NCBI GenBank assembly: GCA_002269645.1
Contig: NIVC01000690.1
Location: 62,001 to 126,000 of the forward strand
DNA from: Macrostomum lignano
Taxonomy: Eukaryota
DNA length: 64,000 nt
Direction of reading: 5' to 3'
The translations under genes and the position numbers were made by a program. The notes below the pieces were generated by a model. That model ran no database searches, was not told the origin of the DNA, and saw only the letters and a program-made list of their open reading frames with translations. This document shows positions 1 to 23,881 of the stretch, piece by piece (position 1 is the first letter of the stretch; each line of letters starts with the position of its first letter).

Positions 1-57
1 TGTCTATCTGTCTGTCTGTCTTTGTCTATCTGTCTGTCTGTCTGTCTGTCTGTCTGG

Positions 58-101
<44 letters not shown>

Positions 102-159
102 GTGTCTGTCTGTCTCTGTGTCTGTCTATCTGTCTGTCTTTCTGTCTGCCTGTCTGTCT
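1..159. repeat. (TCTG)n/(TCTA)n microsatellite, runs off the left edge
   Basis: Tetranucleotide repeat read directly from the sequence. Confidence 0.95.
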
Positions 160-617
160 TTAGCCTGGCATTCGCACTCAGCATCAATCAAACGAACCCC
201 CGCCCCACCCAGGCCGACCTGACCCAACGCAATACCAGATCGCAGACGAGATTGTCGAGTCGCTGAGCCTTGATCTCCAAAGTCAGCTCCAACTCCAAGC
301 TCACCTCAAATACAGTGGCGCATGCATTATCCAATAGTCGTGGCCTTTGTGTTGGGAAAATTTTCCCCAGATGTAAGAGACTATGTTAGCTCTCTATTGG
401 CTCAGCGGCTTCATTGGCTGCCGTGTCTTCCCTTATTCTCAGTCTCCCTCTCTCCATTCAACAAGCCTATAAAACTGCCTCCCTGACTGCCTGCTCAGCT
501 CTCTTCGCTGCCAACTATTTTGTTATCGAAATTGAGGCGAGTTTTCCAACAGGAAACGACATTTTACGCTGGTTAATTATTTGTGATTATAAAAATAATA
601 AGCTCTAGTTGAGGCCA

Positions 618-1174
618 ATGTCTCGCTTTGTTGTTCTGTCTCTGGCGGCCCTGCTGCTTGTGTCAACTCTGTTGGTTTCGTCTGCTTCTGCCGCCGCTGC
701 TGCTTCTGGCGGTCCGCCGAGTCGCCCGTCGGCGGCCAGCAGCGCCAGGCAGTCGCAGTCGGCGATCGTTGAAGACGAGAACACCGACGATTCCGCTATC
801 CTACCGTTGGAATATTTCCCGCTAATGGAGCCCCACCATCGCTGCCTGTTTGTCTGCCGCTACTGCTACCAGCATAATGTAAATGCAATTTTCTTCTCTC
901 TTAACACTACTGACTTCAATAAGTAGACAATTAGCAAATTAACATTAAATTTTTTATTGCATTTACAAATTTTTATGACTATGTTTTTATCCTACTATTA
1001 GTAGTTTTTTTCTTAAAAACGAGAAATATTCCGTTTCAGACCGCCGGCCTGCTGCACTGTGCCAACAATTGGTGCCTGGCCCGCGTTAAGAACATGCTGA
1101 AACTGCCGCGTAGCGCCTACCGGGAGTGCCCGGCCATGGGCCTGGTTGACTTGGCCGGTCGAAGCGTCGCTTAA
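618..1174 (+). CDS. Secreted 6-cysteine peptide precursor, eclosion-hormone-like (131 aa, 2 exons: 618-878, 1040-1174)
   Basis: ATG 618 and a hydrophobic signal peptide (MSRFVVLSLAALLLVSTLLVSSASA). Phase-0 intron with GT at 879 (AAT|gtaaat) and AG at 1038-1039 (tttcag|ACC). The spliced C-terminus HRCLFVCRYCYQHNTAGLLHCANNWCLARVKNMLKLPRSAYRECPAM has spacing C-x3-C-x2-C-x10-C-x4-C-x17-C. Stop TAA 1172-1174. The gene model is well supported; the family call less so. Confidence 0.75.
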
Positions 1175-1640
1175 TTAAATGAGAACTTGTGAACCTGCTG
1201 ACCCCGAACTATTCTGCGTTTTTGTAGCGCTGACAATACGGATGAGACCATTTTTAACAAGTGCGCCGCGCGATAGCGGAGAATGCAAACCCAGAATAAG
1301 CACGAGAGGTGATTATATTGTCGAAAGAAAGTTTTTTTCGATACATATCGTTCGGTAAGAATAATATCAAAAAAATATTAATAATCAAGACTAATCACCT
1401 CTGGTGGCTTCTAAACATTCGTAATAACATGATTATTAACATTATTGGTCAATGCGGTTGGCAAAATAATAAAGCAGATTCCGTTTCGTCTGTGATGTTT
1501 GGCAGAATGATTCGTTTTGTTTGAATTATTTCACTTCACAGTACTTAGAATATGGAATGTGTGTAGGAATCCTGACCGAGCTCCGGCTATACATTGCCTG
1601 GGTTTTTCGGTGGGATCTGTCATAATTGACAGCTCTACTG

Positions 1641-2610
<970 letters not shown>

Positions 2611-3211
2611 TTAATGTATCCTAGATAGCTAGGCGTCTATCTGGAAATTCTCAGTCCACTTGCATTGATCAACTGCTCCCACCCGTAGAGCTAGGAGTGG
2701 AATTTTATTAGCAAATTACCTCAAGCTTGTAATCAATGCCAATGCCAATTGATTTCGGTTCACTTTCCTTTCACTTTAGTGCCTGTGTGTGTGCTTAGTT
2801 TCCTTCTCTCCATCTTATATCTGTTGTCTAGTTCCAATGCGTCTGAAATTGAATATTCTAGTAGAGAGCCGGTTCGCTGCTTACTCATTCGCCAGTCTCC
2901 CCGTCTGAAGTCTTGTGAGCTGTTCCCAGCGCACAGCACTATAGAGTGCGCCTCTTAGTCTTTTCGATTCTTGTTCTCCCGCTTGTGAGCTCAGCTGCAT
3001 CTGGGCCGCCCGCGCATCCATCTCCATTTTTTTGAAAACCGAGCTAATGGAATTTTACAGACAAACCCCGCCTTGTTCGAGGCCTAAGTACGTTTCACAT
3101 TTTTTTCTCTGTTTGTCCGCTCCGACGTAAGGAACTGCAAACTTACGGCTAGTCGAGAACTGGAGCAGAAAATTATGACAGTATCTATAGCCTAGCGTTA
3201 TTGTAGTATAG

Positions 3212-3288
3212 GTAATAGGTAATAGTATAGCCAATAAATTTACATTAACTCTGGCTGTCTGTAACTTTGTGTTTTATTTTCTCTGTAG
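3212..3288 (+). other. Candidate 77-nt intron in a non-coding leader or upstream transcript
   Basis: tatag|GTAATAG donor, TTAAC branch-like motif near 3245, pyrimidine tract and tctctgtAG acceptor; the size matches the short introns elsewhere in the window. Confidence 0.4.
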
Positions 3289-3306
3289 GTTTTTGTAGGT
3301 TTTGAA

Positions 3307-5363
3307 CCAGATCTCCAGTTGCTGGGCCAGCCTCCCAGACCCCCAGTTGCTGGGCCAGCCTCCCAGATCCTCAGTTGCTGGGCCAGCCTCCCAGATCCTC
3401 AGTTGCTGGGTCAGCCTCCCAGACCCCCAGTTGCTGGGCCAGCCTCCCAGATCTCCAGTTGCTGGGCCAGCCTCCCAGATCCTCAGTTGCTGGGCCAGCC
3501 TCCCAGATCCCCAGTTGCTGGGCCAGCCTCCCAGATCTCCAGTTGCTGGGTCAGCCTCCCAGACCCCCAGTTGCTGGGCCAGCCTCCCAGATCTCCAGTT
3601 GCTGGGCCAGCCTCCCAGACCCCCAGTTGCTGGGCCAGCCTCCCAGATCCTCAGTTGCTGGGCCAGCCTCCCAGATCCTCAGTTGCTGGGTCAGCCTCCC
3701 AGACCCCCAGTTGCTGGGCCAGCCTCCCAGATCTCCAGTTGCTGGGCCAGCCTCCCAGATCCTCAGTTGCTGGGCCAGCCTCCCAGCTCCTCAGTTGCTG
3801 GGCCAGCCTCCCAGACCCCCAGTTGCTGGGCCAGCCTCCCAGATCTCCAGTTGCTGGGTCAGCCTCCCAGACCCCCAGTTGCTGGGCCAGCCTCCCAGAT
3901 CTCCAGTTGCTGGGCCAGCCTCCCAGATCCTCAGTTGCTGGGTCAGCCTCCCAGACCCCCAGTTGCTGGGCCAGCCTCCCAGATCTCCAGTTGCTGGGCC
4001 AGCCTCCCAGATCCTCAGTTGCTGGGCCAGCCTCCCAGCTCCTCAGTTGCTGGGCCAGCCTCCCAGATCTCCAGTTGCTGGGCCAGCCTCCCAGATCCTC
4101 AGTTGCTGGGCCAGCCTCCCAGATCTCCAGTTGCTGGGCCAGCCTCCCAGATCCTCAGTTGCTGGGCCAGCCTCCCAGATCTCCAGTTGCTGGGCCAGCC
4201 TCCCAGATCCTCAGTTGCTGGGCCAGCCTCCCAGATCTCCAGTTGCTGGGCCAGCCTCCCAGACCCCCAGTTGCTGGGCCAGCCTCCCAGATCTCCAGTT
4301 GCTGGGCCAGCCTCCCAGATCCTCAGTTGCTGGGCCAGCCTCCCAGCTCCTCAGTTGCTGGGCCAGCCTCCCAGACCCCCAGTTGCTGGGCCAGCCTCCC
4401 AGATCCTCAGTTGCTGGGTCAGCCTCCCAGACCCCCAGTTGCTGGGCCAGCCTCCCAGATCTCCAGTTGCTGGGCCAGCCTCCCAGATCCTCAGTTGCTG
4501 GGTCAGCCTCCCAGACCCCAGTTGCTGGGCCAGCCTCCCAGATCTCCAGTTGCTGGGCCAGCCTCCCAGATCCTCAGTTGCTGGGCCAGCCTCCCAGCTC
4601 CTCAGTTGCTGGGCCAGCCTCCCAGATCTCCAGTTGCTTGGCCAGCCTCCCAGATCCTCAGTTGCTGGGCCAGCCTCCCAGATCTCCAGTTGCTGGGCCA
4701 GCCTCCCAGATCCTCAGTTGCTGGGCCAGCCTCCCAGATCTCCAGTTGCTGGGCCAGCCTCCCAGATCTCCAGTTGCTGGGCCAGCCTCCCAGACCCCCA
4801 GTTGCTGGGCCAGCCTCCCAGATCCTCAGTTGCTGGGCCAGCCTCCCAGATCTCCAGTTGCTGGGCCAGCCTCCCAGATCCTCAGTTGCTGGGCCAGCCT
4901 CCCAGATCCTCAGTTGCTGGGCCAGCCTCCCAGATCCTCAGTTGCTGGGCCAGCCTCCCAGATCCTCAGTTGCTGGGCCAGCCTCCCAGATCCTCAGTTG
5001 CTGGGCCAGCCTCCCAGATCTCCAGTTGCTGGGCCAGCCTCCCAGATCCTCAGTTGCTGGGCCAGCCTCCCAGATCCTCAGTTGCTGGGCCAGCCTCCCA
5101 GATCTCCAGTTGCTGGGCCAGCCTCCCAGATCCTCAGTTGCTGGGCCAGCCTCCCAGATCCTCAGTTGCTGGGCCAGCCTCCCAGAGTGTCAGTTGCTGG
5201 GCCAGCCTCCCAGATCCTCAGTTGCTGGGCCAGCCTCCCAGATCCTCAGTTGCTGGGCCAGCCTCCCAGATCTCCAGTTGCTGGGCCAGCCTCCCAGATC
5301 CTCAGTTGCTGGGCCAGCCTCCCAGATCCTCAGTTGCTGGGCCAGCCTCCCAGATCCTCAGTT
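3307..5363. repeat. 28-bp GC-rich minisatellite (CAGTTGCTGGGCCAGCCTCCCAGATCCT), about 73 copies
   Basis: The translation cycles every 28 aa (3 units). Variation is concentrated in the last 5 nt (ATCCT/ATCTC/ACCCC/CTCCT). Confidence 0.97.
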
Positions 5364-5370
5364 TCATCTC

Positions 5371-5376
5371 AATAAA
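5371..5376 (+). promoter_or_regulatory. AATAAA, possible poly(A) signal 75 nt upstream of the TMEM50 ATG
   Basis: Hexamer immediately after the 28-bp array; function inferred only. Confidence 0.25.
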
Positions 5377-5450
5377 AACGTGAATTATTGTCACGCTCAA
5401 TTGATGCCCTAATTTTCACACGAGCACCAGTGACACAAACAGCACAAACA

Positions 5451-5936
5451 ATGTCCGGTTGCCTTGACAACTTTCGCCTGCCAGAATGCGACTGTTCAGC
5501 GGTGCGGCCGTATCGCAATTTAATCTCCAGCATTCTGGGCGGCTGCCTCGTCTCCATCGGCTGGTGGATCATGATCGATGCAGCCGCTGGTTATCCGTCA
5601 CAGTCGGAGATGCATCACGCGGTGCACACGTGCGGAGTCCTGGCTACTGTAGCGGTCTTCATGGTTAACTCTATTAGCAATGGCCAGGTGACTGGCAGTG
5701 ACACCTACACTGATGGCTGCTTTGGGCAGAATGCTGCCAGACTGTGGCTGTTCTTGGGCTTCATCTTGGCTTTCGGATCGCTGATTGCATCAGTTTGGAT
5801 TCTATTTGGCGTGTACGTTGGGCCGCAGAAGTCTCCAATGTGGCCGGGGGTTGCCATCTTCTTGCAGAATGGCTTCATTTTTGCCGGCAATATGATCTTT
5901 AAATTTGGGCGCTCAGAGGAGTTGTGGGACGACTAA
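5451..5936 (+). CDS. TMEM50: Transmembrane protein 50 (UPF0220 family), intronless, 161 aa
   Basis: MSGCLDNFRLPEC start, GWWIMIDAA, FMVNSISNGQV, GCFGQNAARLWLF.GF, PGVAIFLQN..IF and the KFGRSEELW end are all characteristic of TMEM50A/B; four hydrophobic segments. Confidence 0.95.
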   Translation: MSGCLDNFRLPECDCSAVRPYRNLISSILGGCLVSIGWWIMIDAAAGYPSQSEMHHAVHTCGVLATVAVFMVNSISNGQVTGSDTYTDGCFGQNAARLWLFLGFILAFGSLIASVWILFGVYVGPQKSPMWPGVAIFLQNGFIFAGNMIFKFGRSEELWDD

Positions 5937-6215
5937 TTGGATTCAAAGCACGCAACTCTGCACAGCGTTGAAAATTTAGGGTCAAAAACTGTAGACGAAA
6001 ATGGAATTGACATAACTATTTTTCTATATACTCATGATTATTGATATCTGACGCTTCTTGTACCTCTCTTGTAAATTATTTCTGTTTATATGTCGTATAA
6101 TATGTCTCTTTTTGCTGCTTTTAAAACAACGTTTCTTTATAAAATGAGATACCTACTTACCAGCAGAAATTTGATCTTTAATTTTTCTTACTTTTTAAGT
6201 CCTCATCCTAAAAAT

Positions 6216-8013
6216 GGACTCTAATCCACCCTGAGAATCGGCTCTAATCCACCCTGAGAATCGGCTCTAATCCACATTGAGAATCGGCTCTAATCCACCC
6301 TGATAATAGGCTCTAATCACCCTTAGAATCGGCTCTAATCCACCCTGAGAATAGGCTCTAATCCACCCTTAGAATCGGCTGTAATCCACATTAAGAATCG
6401 GCTCTAATCCACCCTGAGAATCGGCTCTAATCCACCCTGAGAATCGGCTCTAATCCACCCTGAGAATCGGCTCTAATCCACCCTGAGAATCGGCTCTAAT
6501 CCACCCTGAGAATCGGCTCTAATCCACCCTGAGAATCGGCTCTAATCTACCCTGAGAATCGACTCTAATCCACCCTGAGAATCGGCTCTAATCTACCCTG
6601 AGAATCGGCTCTAATCCACCCTGAGAATCGGCTCTAATCCACCTGAGAATCGGCTCTAATCCACCCTGAGAATCGGCTCTAATCCACCCTGAGAATCGGC
6701 TCTAATCCACCCTGAGAATCGGCTCTAATCCACCCTGAGAATCGGCTCTAATCCACATTGAGAATCGGCTCTAATCCACCCTGAGAATCGGCTCTAATCC
6801 ACCCTGAGAATCGGCTCTAATCCACCCTGAGAATCGGCTCTAATCCACCCTGAGAATCGGCTCTAATCCACCCTGAGAATCGGCTCTAATCCATTCTGAG
6901 AATCAGCTCTAATCCACCCTTAGAATCGGCTGTAATCCACCCTGAGAATCGACTCTAATCCACCCTGAGAATCGGCTCTAATCTACCCTGAGAATCGACT
7001 CTAATCCACCCTGAGAATCGGCTCTAATCTACCCTGAGAATCGGCTCTAATCCACCCTGAGAATCGGCTCTAATCCACCCTGAGAATCGGCTCTAATCCA
7101 CCCTGAGAATCGGCTCTAATCCACCCTGAGAATCGGCTCTAATCCACCCTGAGAATAGGCTCTAATCCACCCTGAGAATCGGCTCTAATCCACATTGAGA
7201 ATCGGCTCTAATCCACCCTGAGAATCGGCTCTAATCCACCCTGAGAATCGGCTCTAATCCACCCTGAGAATCGGCTCTAATCCACCCTGAGAATCGGCTC
7301 TAATCCACCCTGAGAATCGGCTCTAATCCACCCTGAGAATCGGCTCTAATCCACATTGAGAATCGGCTCTAATCCACCCTGAGAATCGGCTCTAATCCAC
7401 CCTGAGAATCGGCTCTAATCCACATTGAGAATCGGCTCTAATCCACCCTGATAATAGGCTCTAATCCACCCTGAGAATCGGCTCTAATCCATTCTGAGAA
7501 TCAGCTCTAATCCACCCTTAGAATCGGCTGTAATCCACCCTGAGAATCGACTCTAATCCACCCTGAGAATCGGCTCTAATCTACCCTGAGAATCGACTCT
7601 AATCCACCCTGAGAATCGGCTCTAATCTACCCTGAGAATCGGCTCTAATCCACCCTGAGAATCGGCTCTAATCCACCTGAGAATCTGCTCTAATCCACCC
7701 TGAGAATCGGCTCTAATCCACCCTGAGAATCGGCTCTAATCCACCCTGAGAATAGGCTCTAATCCACCCTGAGAATCGGCTCTAATCCACATTGAGAATC
7801 GGCTCTAATCCACCCTGAGAATCGGCTCTAATCCACCCTGAGAATCGGCTCTAATCCACCCTGAGAATCGGCTCTAATCCACCCTGAGAATCGGCTCTAA
7901 TCCACCCTGAGAATCGGCTCTAATCCACATTGAGAATCGGCTCTAATCCACCCTGAGAATCGGCTCTAATCCACCCTGAGAATCGGCTCTAATCCACCCT
8001 GAGAATCGGCTCT
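6216..8013. repeat. 23-bp minisatellite (GGCTCTAATCCACCCTGAGAATC), about 78 copies
   Basis: Tandem array; the same unit in the same orientation occurs at 13215-14910. Confidence 0.97.
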
Positions 8014-8484
8014 GTTGTATTTAAAAAATAGTTTCTTAAATCAAGGGCATTCAATTAAATCATTTCGTGACAGAAAAACTTGTATTCTTCAAAATATTCA
8101 GTTTTCTTGTTAACCTGAATTATAGATTTTTAACTATTAAGCATCAATTTGCTTGCTAAGAATAAAATTGTAGTTTTGTTACCGTTTATCCTGACTTTGC
8201 TTTCCTATTGGCCTAAGAAAGTTAATTCGTTTTGGGCACAAAGTTTGTATATTAAATATTTCTTGTGTAATCACATTGAGTGCTTTACTGTTTATTGTCA
8301 ATAATTTTTGTTGATTTTACAGAATAATCATTCTGTTTCAATAATCTCTGTAGCGGTTTTTTGAAACGTTTTAAATTCTGTCAAGGGTGAGATTCTGAGG
8401 CATCTATTCAGTAAGGGTAAGACTTTCAAAATTGTAACAATTAAACAAACTTAGAATTAAACCAGCAATCTAGTGCCCCCCCTC

Positions 8485-9118
8485 CTCAGCAATTCCCCCC
8501 GTAAGCCTTGACATCGCAGCAATTCCCCCTGAAAACCTTGACATCTCAGCAATTCCCCCAGAAAACCTTGACATCTCAGCAATTCCCCCAGAAAACCTTG
8601 AACTCTCAGCAATTCCCCCCGTAAGCCTTGACATCTCAGCAATTTCCCCCAGAAAGCCTTGACATCTCAGCAATTCCCCCAGAAAACCTTGACATCTCAG
8701 CAATTCCCCCAGAAAACCTTGAACTCTCAGCAATTCCCCCTGAAAACCTTGACATCGCAGCAATTCCCCCTGAAAACCTTGACATCTCAGCAATTCCCCC
8801 TGAAAACCTTGAAATCTCAGAAATTCCCCCTGAAAACCTTGACATCTCAGCAATTCCCCCTGTAAGCCTTGACATCTCAGAAATCCCCCCGTGAGCCTTG
8901 ACATCTCAGCAATTCCCCCCGTAAGCCTTGACATCTCAGCAATTCCCCCCGTAAGCCTTGACATCTCAGCAATTCCCCCCGTAAGCCTTGACATCTCAGA
9001 AATTCCCCCATAAGCCTTGACATCTCAGAAATCCCCCCGTGAGCCTTGACATCTCAGAAATTCCCCCATAAGCCTTGACATCTCAGAAATCCCCCCGTGA
9101 GCCTTGACATCTCAGCAA
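8485..9118. repeat. 30-bp minisatellite (AGCCTTGACATCTCAGCAATTCCCCCCGTA), about 21 copies
   Basis: Tandem array; a related array lies at 32187-32600. Confidence 0.95.
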
Positions 9119-9439
9119 ATTTACGCTGTTAAGGTTATGGAAGCTCGTCTTAAATGGTTATAAAATTTGCCTTTTTACGAGCGTACGCGTGTACTTTTTT
9201 TCAGCAAGTTAAGTTAAACGTTTGAAGTTTTCCTGTTGAACCTAACAATACATTGCAGAAAGCGCCGTAACTTTTTATAGAATTTCTATGCACTGACACT
9301 ACAGACTCCTCTCTCAGCCGGAGTTTGCCGTTTAATTTGTGAAATATATAAAAATTAATCAGTTTTTATCAGTTCACGCATACATGATCAGCTGTGATTG
9401 TTATTGCTTTTAATTGCTTTTAACTGTTAGATCTCTGTG

Positions 9440-10160
9440 CCCGTTATCTCTCTTTATCCCTACCCGTTATCTCCCTCTACCCCTACCCTTTATCTCCCTA
9501 TATCCCTACCCGTTATCTCCCTCTATCCCTACCCTTTATCTCCCTATATCCCTACCCGTTATCTCCCTCTATCCCTACCCTTTATCTCCCTATATCCCTA
9601 CCTGTTATCTCCCTCTATCCCTACCCGTTATCTCCCTCTATCCCCACCCGTTATCTCCCTCTATCCCTACCCGTTATCTCCCTCTATCCCTACCCGTTAT
9701 CTCCCTCTATCCCCACCCGTTATCTCCCTCTATCCCTACCTGTTATCTCCCTCTATCCCTACCCGTTATCTCCCTCTATCCCCACCCGTTATCTCCCTCT
9801 ATCCCTACCTGTTATCTCCCTCTATCCCTACCCGTTATCTCCCTCTATCCCCACCCGTTATCTCCCTCTATCCCTACCTGTTATCTCCCTCTATCCCCAC
9901 CCGTTATCTCCCTCTATCCCCACCCGTTATCTCCCTCTATCCCTACCTGTTATCTCCCTCTATCCCTACCCGTTATCTCCCTAAATCCCTACCCGTTATC
10001 TCCCTCTATCCCTACCCGTTATCTCCCTAAATCCCTACCCGTTATCTCCCTCTATCCCTACCCGTTATCTCCTTCTATCCCTACCCGTTATCTCCCTTTA
10101 TCCCTACCCTTTATCTCCCTCTATACCTACCCGTTGTCTCCCTCTCCCTGCCCGTTATTT
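9440..10160. repeat. 23-bp pyrimidine-rich minisatellite (CCTACCCGTTATCTCCCTCTATC)
   Basis: Tandem array; the translation cycles every 23 aa. Confidence 0.95.
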
Positions 10161-10427
10161 CTCACTCTCATCTCCCCAGCTTCCTTCGATACTTCCTTAA
10201 CGAAACAGTCAGAATTTTCCTTTGATCTTCAGATTTTTTCGATCCGTTTTTTCCGGATCAAATTTCGCTCGTTTAGTTAAATAGTTTTTTTTCTTAACGT
10301 CATTCCACCTGATCTTATAATCTCCTAACCGAATCCTTTTATCGTATCTGATTTCGTTTTTGAGTCTTCTTCTTTGAATCCTCTTCCGGGCAAAAACAGG
10401 CAACAGAGAGAAAAAAGATAAATCGCT

Positions 10428-10457
10428 GTTTCTGCTGTCTTTTCTTCTGTACTGCAG
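10428..10457 (+). promoter_or_regulatory. Strong 3' splice acceptor with no evident upstream coding donor (candidate trans-splice site)
   Basis: gtttctgctgtcttttcttctgtactgcAG| sits directly before an in-frame, ATG-less coding exon. Confidence 0.65.
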
Positions 10458-12314
<1,857 letters not shown>

Positions 12315-12362
12315 CTGAGTTGTAGCGTCTTATTCTCCGTAGCCGTAGACGTAAACCTCTCT

Positions 12363-12990
12363 CCGTAGATCTCTTATCTTACCCCGTAGATCTCTTTATC
12401 TCATCTCGTAGATCTCCTATCTTACCATCTCATCCCGTAGATCTCTTATCTTACCCCGTAGATCTCTTTATCTCATTCCGTAGATCTCTTATCTCACCCC
12501 GTAAATCTCTTTATCTCATCCCGTAGATCTCTTATCTTACCCCGTAGATCTCTTTATCTCATTCCGTAGATCTCTTATCTTACCCCTTAGATCTCTTTAT
12601 CTCATCCCGTAGATCTCTTATCTTACCCCTTAGATCTCTTTATCTCATCCCGTAGATCTCCTATCTTACCCCTTAGATCTCTTTATCTCATCCCGTAGAT
12701 CTCCTATCTTACCCCTTAGATCTCTTTATCTCATTCCGTAGATCTCTTATCTTACCCCGTATATCTCTTATCTTACCCGTAGATCTCTTTATCTCATCCC
12801 GTAGATCTCTTATCTCCACCAGTTGATCTCTTATCTCACCCTGTGGATGTCTATTCTCACCCCCCCCCAAAAAAAATCTTCTATTTTATCTTAGCCCGTA
12901 GATTTTAATCACATCTTACCCACAGATCTCGATCTTATTCCATCTAGTAAATCTCCTATCGCATCTCACCCTTCCCTTAGATCTCCTATC
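12363..12990. repeat. About 21-22-bp minisatellite (CTTATCTTACCCCGTAGATCT), decaying rightwards
   Basis: Alternating 21/22-bp units; begins about 50 nt after the MTRFR stop. Confidence 0.9.
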
Positions 12991-13214
12991 TTTAATGTCG
13001 CTGATCTTCACTTACGTTTTAACCAGTGTCTTTCAATCTGCAATGCTCTGGCACTGCCAATAACTTGTGTAGGGTCTGGTTTTTTAATTTGGTACTAATT
13101 AAAATAAATATACACGACTGACCTAATGACAGATTCAATTGTCAAGGTGTGCCTGTTTTGGCTTGTAAATTCGTGTCTTCGGCATTGAGATTACCTGATT
13201 ATTGATTATCAGTT

Positions 13215-14910
13215 GGCTCTAATCCACCCTGAGAATCGGCTCTAATCCACCTTGAGAATCGGCTCTAATCGACCTTGAGAATCGGCTCTAATCCATCCTG
13301 AGAGTCGGCTCTAATCCACCCTGAGAATCAGCTCTAATCCATCCTGAGAATCGGCTCTAATCCACCCTGGGAATCCACTCTAATCCACCCTGAGAATCGG
13401 CTCTAATCCACCCTGAGAATCGGCTCTAATCCATCCTGAGAATCGGCTCTAATCCACCCTGAGAATCGGCTCTAATCCACATTGAGAATCGGCTCTAATC
13501 CACCCTGAGAATCGGCTCTAATCCACATTGAGAATCGGCTCTAATCCACCTTGAGAATCGGCTCTAATCCACCTTGAGAATCGGCTCTAATCCATCCTGA
13601 GAATCGGCTCTAATCCACCCTGAGAATCGGCTCTAATCCACATTGAGAATCGGCTCTAATCCACCCTGAGAATCGGCTCTAATCCACCCTGAGAATCGGC
13701 TCTAATCCACCCTGAGAATCGGCTCTAATCCACCCTGAGAATCGGCTCTAATCCACCCTGAGAATCGGCTCTAATCCACCCTGAGAATCAGCTCTAATCC
13801 ACATTGAGAATCGGCTCTAATCCTCCCTGAGAATCGGCTCTAATCCACCCTGAGAATCGGCTCTAATCCACCTTGAGAATCAGCTCTAATCCACATTGAG
13901 AATCGGCTCTAATCCACATTGAGAATCAGCTCTAATCCACCCTGAGAATCGGCTCTAATCCACCCTGAGAATCGGCTCTAATCCATTCTGAGAATCGGCT
14001 CTAATCCACCCTGAGAATCGGCTCTAATCCACATTGAGAATCGGCTCTAATCCACCCTGAGAATCGGCTCTAATCCACCCTGAGAATCGGCTCTAATCCA
14101 CCCTGAGAATCAGCTCTAATCCACATTGAGAATCAGCTCTAATCCACCCTGAGAATCGGCTCTAATCCACCCTGAGAATCGGCTCTAATCCACCCTGAGA
14201 ATCAGCTCTAATCCACATTGAGAATCAGCTCTAATTCACATTGAGAATCAGCTCTAATCCACCCTGAGAATCGGCTCTAATCCACCCTGAGAATCAGCTC
14301 TAATCCACCCTGAGAATCGGCTCTAATCCATTCTGAGAATCGGCTCTAATCCTCCCTGAGAATCGGCTCTAATCCACCCTGACAATCGGCTCTAATCCAC
14401 CCTGAGAATCAGCTCTAATCCATTCTGAGAATCAGCTCTAATCCACCCTGACAATCGGCTCTAATCCACCTTGAGAATCGGCTCTAATCCACATTGAGAA
14501 TCGGCTCTAATCCACCCTGAGAATCGGCTCTAATCCACCCTGAGAATCGGCTCTAATCCATTCTGAGAATCGGCTCTAATCCTCCCTGAGAATCGGCTCT
14601 AATCCACCCTGACAATCGGCTCTAATCCACCCTGAGAATCAGCTCTAATCCACCCTGACAATCGGCTCTAATCCACCTTGAGAATCGGCTCTAATCCATC
14701 CTGAGAATCGGCTCTAATCCACCCTCACAATCGGCTCTAATCCACCTTGAGAATCGGCTCTAATCCACCTTGAGAATCGGCTCTAATCCATCCTGAGAAT
14801 CGGCTCTAATCCACCCTGACAATCGGCTCTAATCCACCTTGAGAATCGGCTCTAATCCATTCTGAGAATCAGCTCTAATCCACCCTGAGAATCGGCTCTA
14901 ATCCACCCTC
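13215..14910. repeat. Second array of the 23-bp GGCTCTAATCCACCCTGAGAATC minisatellite, about 74 copies
   Basis: Same unit and orientation as 6216-8013. Confidence 0.97.
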
Positions 14911-15193
14911 ATAATCCAAATGCTGTAATAAAAGAGTTGATAAGCAAGACTTGTTAAAGCAACAGCCTCATCAAGGTATATTAGTGTAGCAGTATAAAGC
15001 AAAACCAAACAAAAAAATCCGAGCAAAAACTTTGGCTCCAGCTCTCTCGTTGTTGCAGAAATACAGAAGAAAAATTAGAAATTTCTTCAGCAGCTATAGG
15101 AATCATATGAAGTGGTTTTTAATAACCGATTAGTTGTAGTTAATCCTTGGCTTATAGCAGTCAAATCGCAATCACTTTGTCGGGCATCCGGCA

Positions 15194-23881
<8,688 letters not shown>

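Noticed and set aside
203-385. Minus-strand open frame (HSLLHLGK...EVSLELELTLEIKAQRLDNLVCDLVLRW)
   Set aside because: No ATG, no convincing phase-compatible splice sites and no recognisable homology. It could be part of a gene extending beyond the window but cannot be supported.
3302-5412. Three overlapping ORFs of about 670-700 aa
   Set aside because: They are the three frames of a 28-bp unit that lacks stops. There is no ATG start, no unique domain and no codon-position bias in the variants.
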